A stretch of 63,349 bases of DNA, counting the filler, from Albugo candida (taxonomy: Eukaryota): NCBI GenBank assembly GCA_040437565.1. It is 56 parts of 56 records of this genome, joined end to end, with 100 filler letters (N's around TTAATTAATTAA, not from the genome) between each part and the next. Parts side by side here need not be neighbours in the genome. Positions count along the whole stretch, not along the records: positions 22,953 to 23,992 come from JBDOQK010000724.1; positions 24,093 to 25,131 come from JBDOQK010000725.1; positions 25,232 to 26,269 come from JBDOQK010000726.1; positions 26,370 to 27,407 come from JBDOQK010000727.1; positions 27,508 to 28,544 come from JBDOQK010000728.1; positions 28,645 to 29,680 come from JBDOQK010000729.1; positions 29,781 to 30,816 come from JBDOQK010000730.1; positions 30,917 to 31,951 come from JBDOQK010000731.1; 48 more parts are not named here. One strand, given 5' to 3'. Shown here piece after piece: positions 23,157 through 33,762 of this stretch. The notes below the pieces were generated by a model, which was not told where the DNA came from, did no database searches, and saw only the letters and a list, made by a program, of their open reading frames with translations. Made by a program: the position numbers and the translations under genes. The number at the start of each line of letters is the position of its first letter. The first letter of the stretch is position 1.

Positions 23157-24092
23157 GTTTTGATAATCGCTTGAAAGTAGTTTGTAGTCTCACCTTCTGA
23201 TTTACTTGTTTAGTAACTACAAATTTGTTAATCTTTGTGCACAAAGATCTAAGTAATTTTATAGTCATAGGGTGGTTGAAACGCTTTAACACTTTGCGGT
23301 TTATGGTCGGATACTGCCCCTGATGGATAATAGTTTCCTAATGAACTATAAGAGACCTTATTTCTTATAGCACTATTACTTATGTGTTTCATTATGGGAG
23401 GCTGACAGCTACTAACTATATCAGTCTGAATGTGTACATTCCACTGATGATAGTTGGGGTTAAGGGTTATTTCTTAATGGACTATGAGTTCAGATGAAAC
23501 CACAGAATAATAGTTGCTGGTGTACTTAGACTCAGACCTTCGAACTCGGTACATTTGAAAAGCTATAGGTTTGTAGGGAGTGAATCCTTTAATATTTTGA
23601 TTTCTAAGACTCTCATTGAAGTGCTGTAAAACGATTACCAGTCCATCTAACACATCTCCTGCAGTAGATAAACTTTTGTGTCGAATTTCAAGAGTAGGCT
23701 GAAACTTGCCCCCTTTGCTGTGCTTGGTGATGTTCTGTTTTGTCCTTGTCCTGTTCTTGCTGTCTCTGGCTTTGCGGCTTGTCTTGTCCTGTTCCACGGT
23801 GTTTTTTCTTACAAAAAATAAATAATTATACTTCCAAATGCTCTTATAAACGATTGTTTAGATTTTATGTTTTGTTGTGAAGACGTTGTTGCTTTTGCTG
23901 TTCACCGCTAAGTGTTTTGAAGTGCTTTTGTTTAGTATTACGTTCTTCATGAGCTTGAGTATCTCAATTCCAAATTAAATTCTTTTTTGATTNNNNNNNN
24001 NNNNNNNNNNNNNNNNNNNNNNNNNNNNNNNNNNNNTTAATTAATTAANNNNNNNNNNNNNNNNNNNNNNNNNNNNNNNNNNNNNNNNNNNN

Positions 24093-25044
24093 AGACTCTG
24101 TTGAAGTTAGATGGTCTACTAAAATGAAACAATGGCAAGTGTTTACATAATATACATTTTTTTGCCTGTCTAACACTGCCTTTTTTAGTGTTGGAGAATG
24201 TTGTGAATATTACACAGAAGACTCGAGAAAGTGTATTATTGCATTATCAGAACCCCTTTTAAAATTTAGACCAAAAGAAGACTTGTTTGAAACACTACTG
24301 TTGGTAAATATATCAAAACCGATATGTACAAAAATGATACATTATTTTAACTTTTTTGTATTGAATAATATAGCATGAAATGATTCACGCATTTCTCTTC
24401 TTGACTCAAAATGATACGGACACAGGCAAGTGCATTTCCACGCTTAAAACATGCGCAGCGGTCCAATAATAATCTCGCTTTTAAATATAGATAATCATGG
24501 ACCAGAATTTCTTAAAGAAGCAAAACGAATCAGTGATGCAGCCAATGTTGAAATTACAGTCTATCACGAGTAATAAACGTTGATATATTACCTTAATTGA
24601 AAGAAAAAATTTTCTAATCAATATATCAATATAGCTTTCATGATGAAGTCAATTATTATCTTGTTCACGTTTGGCAGTGCAATGTAATTTTATCATAATA
24701 GTGATATAAAAAACGTAAATGTCTCATCATTCTTCTTTTTAATAGGGTCCTTGTCAAAATAAGCCTCCTGATTATGGTATCGTCAGACGTGCTAGAAACA
24801 GGTAACTGTCGTTTATCTTTACTTTGTTCAACAAAAAATACATACTCACCATATATACACAAAAAAAAAACCTCCTCAAAAAGAAGATCCTTGGTACGCT
24901 AAACACCAATTGACATGTGGTGGTACGTTTTTTAAAATCTCGAGTCCAGCTAAAGAAGAGAACAAAAAGAAACAATCTTTCAATGCTTTGGATAATTTTT
25001 TTGATCGTGCTGATAAAAAATGGGCAAAATTAGATGAATTTTAA
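24093..25044 (+). CDS. SPRTN: SprT-like DNA-dependent metalloprotease (SPRTN/Spartan homolog); multi-exon, 5' truncated, absent from the ORF track
   Basis: Manual splicing gives VEVRWSTKMKQCVGEC..CIIALSEPLLKFRPKEDLFETLLLHEMIHAFLF..HGPEF..ITVYHDFHDEV..HVWQCNGPC..YGIVRRARNR..H..TCGGTFFKI. Confidence 0.9.
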
Positions 25045-25699
25045 TGTCTATACATACTATCCAACAACACACGCCTTAACAAATAACTGGAATACTCATT
25101 GCTCTCTACACTAAAAATGCTTTTCTTTCTCNNNNNNNNNNNNNNNNNNNNNNNNNNNNNNNNNNNNNNNNNNNNTTAATTAATTAANNNNNNNNNNNNN
25201 NNNNNNNNNNNNNNNNNNNNNNNNNNNNNNNCATAGTTGTAGTTTGATCTGCGTAATCCGAAAGAAAAACATTTCGAAACTACTGATGTGCCACGCATAG
25301 ACGCATTGCATTAAAAGAGAAAGAAAGAACTGCACAACAGTGTAACGGCTCACAACATGTACCTACGCAGGTCGAGAAGTTGCTACGTCTACATTCTTTG
25401 AATATAGGAAGCCTTCTGACGGTGACTGCCCATCAAACACACAGATCAAAGGGCACCAAGAAGCAGATCAGTACAGCGTGACAGGCGTTCTGTCCGAAGC
25501 AATGCAGGTAAAATCTGCTTGCGGTTGCCGGTCACTGAGGTGTCCCCGGTGTCCAGGGCTTATCTGGGCCAAGACGATCCAGGTCGGTTCCCGATAAGCA
25601 CTCTTTTTGGCATCTTTTGCTGGCTAGATGTTGTCCATGATAATACGCTGCGTAGCGTCTTCACGGCGACAAATACAGTGCATGCGTGCAAAGCTAGGT

Positions 25700-25772
25700 C
25701 ACCCCCCGTGGGGCTCGAACCCACGACCACTGGCTTAAAAGGCCAGCGCTCTACCAACTGAGCTAGACGGGT
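25700..25772 (-). tRNA. tRNA-Lys(TTT)
   Basis: ACCCGTCTAGCTCAGTTGGTAGAGCGCTGGCCTTTTAAGCCAGTGGTCGTGGGTTCGAGCCCCACGGGGGGTG folds as a cloverleaf, with one G:G mismatch in the acceptor stem. Confidence 0.88.
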
Positions 25773-26369
25773 GCACAGCCGGTGTGCTGCCTCTACCATT
25801 TTTGACCACCCACTACGCATATACACAACAAATCAAACGAAAAAAGTAATGGATAAATGAACACATAAATAGATGAAATTCAGACAACGCCTATCAAACG
25901 ATCGCTACCGAATTCATTACGTACACGTGGCGGAAGCTGGCTATGCTTTCTCCGCGGACGCTCGTGTACGCAGCTGACCAGTGTACAACGGACAGCCGAC
26001 GGACGGGAGACGAAGGTGTCGCGGCACACACGCAGTCAGATGGGTCGTTCGCGAGATTGAGCGGCCCTCCTGTTCGTTAGCTCGACGGAAAGAGCTTATT
26101 TGGTTGATGACAGCCACTGCTAGAAGAAACAGACAGAAACTGAGCTGAGCTCCACGCAGCACAAGACCACGATCGCGGGCGAATCTTCCATCAACTAATA
26201 TCGAAATCGACCACGGTACTCGGAATGAACCTTGTCGATTGAGAAGTCACTCATCTGGGTATTATGTATNNNNNNNNNNNNNNNNNNNNNNNNNNNNNNN
26301 NNNNNNNNNNNNNTTAATTAATTAANNNNNNNNNNNNNNNNNNNNNNNNNNNNNNNNNNNNNNNNNNNN

Positions 26370-26733
26370 AAAATGCGCACCAGGGGCACACATATGCGCA
26401 AAAATGCGCGAAAATGCGCACCAGGGTGCACACCCGTGCGAGAAAATGCGAGAAAATGCGCACCAGGGGCACACCCATGCGCAAAAATGCGAGAAAATGC
26501 GCACCAGGGTGCGATTTTGGCACACCCTTGCGCAAAAATGCGCGAAAATGCGCAGCAGGGTGCACACCCGTGCACAAAAATGCGAGATAATGCGCACCAG
26601 GGGCACACCCGTGCGCAAAAATGCGAGAAAATGCGCACTGGGGGCACACCCGTGCGCAAAAATGCGCGAAAATGCGCAGCAGGGGCACACCCGATGCGCA
26701 AAAATGCGCACCAGTGTGCGATTTTGGCACACC
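26370..26733. repeat. About 41-bp degenerate tandem repeat (AAAATGCGCACCAGGGGCACACCCGTGCGCAAAAATGCGAG), about 8-9 units
   Basis: Directly visible. It explains the many spurious repetitive ORFs at this position. Confidence 0.88.
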
Positions 26734-27507
26734 AAAATATGGACCCTCGATAAATTTTAAAATCTACTCGAGCAAATTCAAAAGTGCTTGCCATTATATC
26801 TCAGGGATATCATAAGGTACCCTCATACCAAGTTTGACAAAGTTTGGACTTGTATTTTTTTTATAACGATTTTTTGAAGTTTTTTCATTAAAAAAATCGT
26901 ATTAAATAAAATAAAATTCCAAAAATTATAAAATTTGGTTTCCCACATTGTTATATTTCTTACAACATCTGTGCAAAATCTCAGGTCAAAAATCGTTAAG
27001 ATGACGAGTTTAGAGGGGGGTGTGACTCCTCGGATAAGGAACGTCTCCTGGTGGGAAAATGGAAAATGTCTTAAGGTCTCTTTAGGGGGGAGGTGGTGAA
27101 CCCCCCTGGTGCAGGCAGCAGGGCCACGCTGCTGCATCGAACACCGAGGGTGGGTGTGGGTGGCCCAAGGTCCGGCGGGTGGGCCGCGGCAGGCCGGCGA
27201 CGGCGGCCGGTCTCCGGCGACGGCGGGGGTCGCCGGCGACGGCGGAAAGTGCGATTTTGATGCTGATGTCGGGAACAAGGTGCGATTCTCTCGCACCACG
27301 TTGCACGGACGGATGCCCCAAGGCTCGGTTGGTATGCGGCGACCCCCCCTCGACGTTGGGAACTCCGGTTAGATGCTGATGCGCGGTTGGAAGTCGGTTT
27401 CGGTTGCNNNNNNNNNNNNNNNNNNNNNNNNNNNNNNNNNNNNNNNNNNNNTTAATTAATTAANNNNNNNNNNNNNNNNNNNNNNNNNNNNNNNNNNNNN
27501 NNNNNNN

Positions 27508-28170
27508 TGCAAGCAATGAATGCTTCCATCCACATGAGACACTCCGTACTCTGTACGGCTGAGTGAGCGAGGATAGGTTGATTTGAGTTGGACAGTGTAC
27601 AATTGCACTGTCAGATAGTATGCCAAGTTGACCAAATTTGTTATCTCCCCAGCAAAATGCCTTGCTCTCATGATGTGTTGTAAGATTATCAGTCAGATTT
27701 ATCGGGTCAGCAATAGCAATCGTATGTTGCCACCCACAAGCTACCGCAACAACATTGCGTACTTTCGGATTGACAGAAGGCACAAGGATGCTCATCGTTT
27801 GCCCTCGATCAATGCCTGGTGATTGTACCATTGTACCAATCCCGAGCTGATAATGATCGTTCGACCCCCAACAGAAAAGGTCACCATCCATGTTGATTGC
27901 TTGGATGACATATGATACTATAAAAAGATCGAGATAGGCCTATGTGTGGTAGCAGACCTGTTGTATGACATCCACTGGTTTGAACAGAGTGAGCAAGGAG
28001 ACACTAATGCATTTGTGTGATATGAGATTCATCCAGTAATGCCAGATAGCAGGATACTTGCCTTGGAGTCGAGTTCGAGCATTTGCGGCAATAATTGATC
28101 ATCCATCGTTCCAATTCCAAGCTGCCCGCTGCTGTTAGAGCCCCATACATAAACATTTACGCTTTGCATC
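27508..28170 (-). CDS. RCC1-repeat protein fragment (spliced)
   Basis: VYVWGSNSSGQLGIG, LFCWGSNDHYQLGIG, VACGWQHTIA, FCWGDNKFGQLG, VSCGWKHSL. Confidence 0.85.
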
Positions 28171-28644
28171 GTACACTAAGAATTTAGCCAATCATCCGGC
28201 ACATTCAATTGCAGGAACAATGTGGTCCACACGCCCTTACGAGTATTGATGTCCAGAAGATCTATTTGGATCAAATGTACATGTATGTGCTGCCTGGTCG
28301 TAGACAGCGTTGTGTCGACCATTGTAGTTGTTAGCTTACGAATGCAATTGCACGCTACTTGCGACATTCTAATAGGTCTGGAGAATGACTGGCTCTCTTC
28401 ATTGGGTTGATTACATCATTATCGAAAGTGTCAAGGCGATGTATTGTCAAGCAGTTCGCCATTGCGAAATGGGATCGGATGCATTAGAATCAGAGCTTGT
28501 GTTTAGAGTCAGAATATTACAGACAAAGGCACAACGATGCCATCNNNNNNNNNNNNNNNNNNNNNNNNNNNNNNNNNNNNNNNNNNNNTTAATTAATTAA
28601 NNNNNNNNNNNNNNNNNNNNNNNNNNNNNNNNNNNNNNNNNNNN

Positions 28645-29003
28645 ACTTCAAGAACGAATTGATAAACAGCAGCAGGATCTTGGTTATCTTGTTGATGTTG
28701 TTGTCGCTGATTATTATTGATGGAAGGCATAGTAGGCATGACAGCACCATCATTAAATGAAAGACCAGCATCAAAAGTTGATTCACTAGATGAGCCAGTA
28801 GCAGTATTACCAGAAGAACCAGTATTTCTAGAAGAAGTACCCGTAAACAAGTGAGCAGGCAATAAGTTTTCCATAAACTCAAGGGTATTTCCAAACTCTT
28901 GGCTATCAGCTAAAGGCGACAAATAACCATTGGAGTCAGCGTCTTGAGTAAATTCATTGCTTTTGGCAGAGGAATTTGTGTTGTTGTTGTTGGTAGGATG
29001 CAT
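28645..29003 (-). CDS. N-terminus of a fungal hypothetical low-complexity protein
   Basis: ATG after an A-rich leader; open to the contig end; N/S/Q-rich. Confidence 0.55.
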
Positions 29004-29780
29004 TTTTTTTGTAAAATTAACTTGATAGAGAAAAGTAATAATAAAAAAATAAAATAAAAAAGTTAACGTTCTTTTATAGCTTCTTTTTTTTAAAATTGTA
29101 CAATCACCTTATTTGTATTGAGAACCGGCAATGAGTGATGAGTAATTTATTTTCTTGTTTGTCATCAGAAGAGCCGCAGTATTTTGAAAGAGATTAGTAC
29201 AGTCTTTTTTTTTCTAAATATAGTTAAAAGTGCCACACAGCCTCTTTTACTTTGCCACCACTCTACAAAAATAAAATTGAGTTTGGTGAATGCTTTGCAA
29301 TAAACAGATATATATATTTATAATATTTACGTGTATATAACAATGATATGTACTATAAATCCAATCAAAATACATAATTCCTTATACCAAATAGAAATGA
29401 TATCCAATTTTTGTTGTCAACCAAAAATATACGTCATTTCTTTGTCGCCACATAAAATGGCTGCGGCTGAGCACTGTCAGTCTGTCAGTAAAATTATTAC
29501 CATTTATATTCACCTGCCCTTTTTTTGCTGCATATGTCAAAACTTTCAAAGTATACCATTACCGCAGCATCTATAGTCGTTCTGTCATGATGAAGTTTAA
29601 ATGCCTCATCCTCAAAAATACTGCGCCCATTATTTCATACATATATAGTATCTAGCTATTGAATTACTAATCAGTTTTATNNNNNNNNNNNNNNNNNNNN
29701 NNNNNNNNNNNNNNNNNNNNNNNNTTAATTAATTAANNNNNNNNNNNNNNNNNNNNNNNNNNNNNNNNNNNNNNNNNNNN

Positions 29781-30082
29781 TTCAGGAGCACACCCGATCC
29801 GCCGTCGCACGGAAATCGCACCGCCTGTTCGCGCGGACGCTAAGAGACCTGACGGTCGCCCGCGCGCAGGAACTCTACGGCGTGCCCGACGAGCGCCCAA
29901 AGCTCCGCGGGCTGATAACGACCATCTGCGCCACCGGCCTGTCACGTGACGAGGCGCTCGACGTCGAGGAGGCCATGGTCGAGAAGTACAGCCTCGCCTC
30001 GAAGCACCCGAACGGCTTGAACATGATCCCCGGTGGCGCTGCCGGACATCGTCGTGCGGCAGCTTCCAGATCTCGAGGTTGA
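29781..30082 (+). CDS. C-terminal half of a GIY-YIG-like nuclease (5' truncated)
   Basis: The frame is open from the contig start: QEH..SA...SHRLFARTL...ALDVEEAMVEKYSL..HPNGLNMIPGG, containing the conserved E and the GxN..GG motif. The GIY-YIG signature itself is off-contig. Confidence 0.6.
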
Positions 30083-30211
30083 TGGCTGAGCCAAACCGGC
30101 GGTCCACATACTGCAGATCGACTCCGCCAGGACGGCGGCCTAGCCTGCCGTCGCTTGTCCGAGGTGCGGGCGTGTCGGTTCGATGGAGTCTCACTACAGG
30201 GGGAGGGTTGA

Positions 30212-30816
30212 ATGAGAACTTTAGGCTTGCTGATGGTCCCGCTCGCGCTGAGCGGCTGCGTGACGCTGCAATCGCGACCTAGGGGACCGGGGCCGACCTA
30301 CGAGCAGTTCGCGCGTCAACTCAAATACGAGGTCGGAACGTATCTGTGGCGTCACAGAAACGATCCCGAGGTCACCAACTACCGCGCTGGCCAGAGCGCG
30401 GGAGCGGACGTTAGTGGGTTCGAGGCGGACGCCCGAGCCCGCAAAATCCGTCTGCCGACGGCAACCGAAAAATGCCCGAACCAATTGAACATCACGATCA
30501 AGCGCGTGAAGTTCACCACGACCACGTCGATAACCGGCAAGCAGAGCGGGAGTGCCGGAATCGAGCTGCCCATCGGCACCGCGACCGTGTCGCCCTCGCT
30601 CGCCGGGTCCCGCGAGATCAAGAACGAGGTCACGACCGTCCTCACGTTCGATCCCGACCCCAACGCGGACATCACCGAGGAGCCGAAGCCCGTGCTCGGG
30701 CCTGACGGCGAGCCCGTCTTCGCAGGTGCCATCATCGCGGACACGATCGACGCGATCACCACTGCGCTGAAGCGCACCTCCGACACCAGGCCATGCTTCG
30801 AATTCCCAGACGACCC
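30212..30816 (+). CDS. Bacterial lipoprotein, possibly with a Trypco2-like beta domain (3' truncated)
   Basis: GGGGAGG RBS; lipobox MRTLGLLMVPLALSGC; ITIKRVKFTTTTSITGKQSGSAGIELPIG...VLTFDP. Confidence 0.7.
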
Positions 30817-30916
30817 NNNNNNNNNNNNNNNNNNNNNNNNNNNNNNNNNNNNNNNNNNNNTTAATTAATTAANNNNNNNNNNNNNNNNNNNNNNNNNNNN
30901 NNNNNNNNNNNNNNNN

Positions 30917-31650
30917 AAAGCCTTGGACTGTTTACGCCCCATGGGACGACTAGATGAAGAAGAAGAACTGCTTGCTTCAACATCATCAGTAGCAGCAGCG
31001 TTAGTACCACCAGCCGCTTGAGCAGCTTCTTCACTGGCTCTTCTATCATTGTACTCGACCCATTTAGGTTGCCCACTTAAAAGTAAGTAGGCAGAGCCCA
31101 TTTTAAAGGGTCTATTTTTGTTACTTACCTGGAACATCTTATTCGCCATTTGCAACTATTGTATCAAAGGTAATTAGTAACACTGTTATAATTTTTTTTA
31201 TATAAAGAAAACACTTACCAACATCTCTCTGTTGAAACCGCTTGGTTTTCTGGGGCGGTTGTTTATTTTGCAGATGCATCCATGGTACTTGGAAATACAC
31301 TGATGGATAGCACCAAAACGAGAGGACATTGCTACCTGGGTTCTTTGACGAGCATCAGCACCAATGTTTTCGTAATAATGCTCCCTTATTCTGAACCAAA
31401 AACTGGCGCCTCTTTGGTCAGTACCCACGATGGCATCATTGGTTATCTTGATCCAAGAATTGCACAACTGTTCATCTTCTTCAGTAGTCCAGCCAGGTCC
31501 ACGGGGTGCTCTAGCAGGAACAGGATTAGTAGAGGAACCTGCATTGGGGTTTTGAGGCAAATCCCCTCCTTCAGCAACGGAGTCGAGTAAATACTCTTCT
31601 TCGTCATCAGAAGGAATAAGGGGATCATTGTTGTTACTGTTATCACTCAT
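30917..31650 (-). CDS. PIF/Harbinger accessory Myb/SANT-like protein with NAM-associated region (intron 31156-31218; 3' truncated)
   Basis: WTTEEDEQLCNSWIKITNDAIVGTDQRGASFW, RT..AMSSRF..I, PFK...Y..L...PKW, RPMGRKQSK. Confidence 0.82.
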
Positions 31651-31873
31651 TGTTTGTTTAGAAAAAATAAAGTCAATAAAAAATTATTTATTTGTGTGCA
31701 CAAAATATTTAAAATAAGAGAGAATTTTTTTTTGACTCGAAGTTATTTTCTCGCTATATATGGCGCGATTTTAAGAAATTGCCAAAAAAAATTTTTTGAC
31801 TTGCTTTTTGCAAAAAACTGTTGGAAATTTTTTTGCCAATTTTTTTTGCCATTTATGGCTTTTGGCACGACCG

Positions 31874-31888
31874 TTGGAGATGCTCTAA
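31874..31888 (-). mobile_element. PIF/Harbinger terminal inverted repeat with TTA/TAA target site
   Basis: The reverse strand reads TTA-GAGCATCTCCAA, about 225 bp upstream of the Myb-like gene. Confidence 0.75.
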
Positions 31889-32343
31889 GAACATTTTATT
31901 TTACACCACTTACTTGAAAGTCATAAACAGACTGGCAAAAATATCCTTTAANNNNNNNNNNNNNNNNNNNNNNNNNNNNNNNNNNNNNNNNNNNNTTAAT
32001 TAATTAANNNNNNNNNNNNNNNNNNNNNNNNNNNNNNNNNNNNNNNNNNNNGAAGCAACGAAGAGTCTTCTGATGTTAACACAATATTCGTCAAGGGAGG
32101 GATGGGACCCAACAGATGCAGAAATCGATCTAGCTTTGATGGTACATCACGGTATCTTTCAAATATGCTTTCATCCGACTTCGAAAGTACACAGTTTCGT
32201 CTGACCCTTAGGATGATGCCAGTTCGTTCACAATTCAGGTATTGCAAAGGTATTAAACCCAACATTATGTATGTTGCACACTCAACATTCGTGTGGAGCT
32301 TAGAATACGATTGAAAATTCTTTCTCGAGTGCGAACACGCACC

Positions 32344-32708
32344 ACAGAAAAACGGCCTTCGAAAAGAGCAAACTTGTGCCCTAATCGTGCTTTACATCAC
32401 GGAAAAAGCTAGTAGCTATATTACAGAGGTGGCTAATTGCTGATTGAACAAAGGACGATTCGGACAGGTCACATATTGCCTGCGCTCTTGTGTCACGATA
32501 CAGATGTAAATTGGAGAATTTGGATAACGTTTATTTCAATTAAGCCCTACATTACCCGCAGTGATGCTGCATTTTCGTCTGGATCTGTCGGAATCGTCTT
32601 CTGTTCGATCAGCGATTAGCCACCTTCGTGACATAGCTATTAGCCGTTTCCGTGATATACACCGCTGTTAGTGCGCTAGTTTGTTTCTTTCGAAGGTAGT
32701 GTTTCTAT
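32344..32708. mobile_element. Foldback/MITE-like element with about 125-bp imperfect inverted repeats
   Basis: Arm 32344-32470 is the reverse complement of 32582-32708, mostly with transition differences. The spacer is about 110 bp. Confidence 0.75.
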
Positions 32709-33184
32709 AAAGACATACGTATTGAGATTACCATGGTGCTGGGCCAATCGCAACCCGAAGATCATTTGGTGGCTCTTACAGGACCCAAAGATGCGTACGG
32801 CGCCAGCAAGAAGAAATGGAAGTCCAGCTCCAGTCCTGCCCTCGTTAAATATTTGTGCTCAGGCCATTATGTTTGTTACCAATTTGGGTAGCAAGATACT
32901 TTTGGCCATTATTCAAATAAAATACAACCTAGACACAATCTTATGGTCTGGTGGCGTCAGGATACCGCAATTAAGGACTGTCAAGAGCAAGATATACTGT
33001 TTTATCAATTTTGGAACATTTTGTATGTATTTGTATGCCTCAAGCTAGCTTAGGTATTCAAGGTAGTCAGTTGGTCTAATTCTGNNNNNNNNNNNNNNNN
33101 NNNNNNNNNNNNNNNNNNNNNNNNNNNNTTAATTAATTAANNNNNNNNNNNNNNNNNNNNNNNNNNNNNNNNNNNNNNNNNNNN

Positions 33185-33762
<578 letters not shown>

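Noticed and set aside
23474..23812. Possible LTR or 107-aa ORF
   Set aside because: No matching terminus, primer-binding site or purine tract found; the ORF is low-complexity with a GTG start.
26314..26815. Cys/His-rich repetitive ORFs, and a CRISPR-like reading of the repeat
   Set aside because: The 41-bp period is not a codon multiple, the frames are open only because the repeat lacks stops, and there are no unique spacers or cas genes.
3471..30816. Horizontal transfer of bacterial genes into a fungal genome, or one operon linking the bacterial contigs
   Set aside because: Each bacterial piece is its own contig with no eukaryotic flank; adjacency is produced by length sorting.
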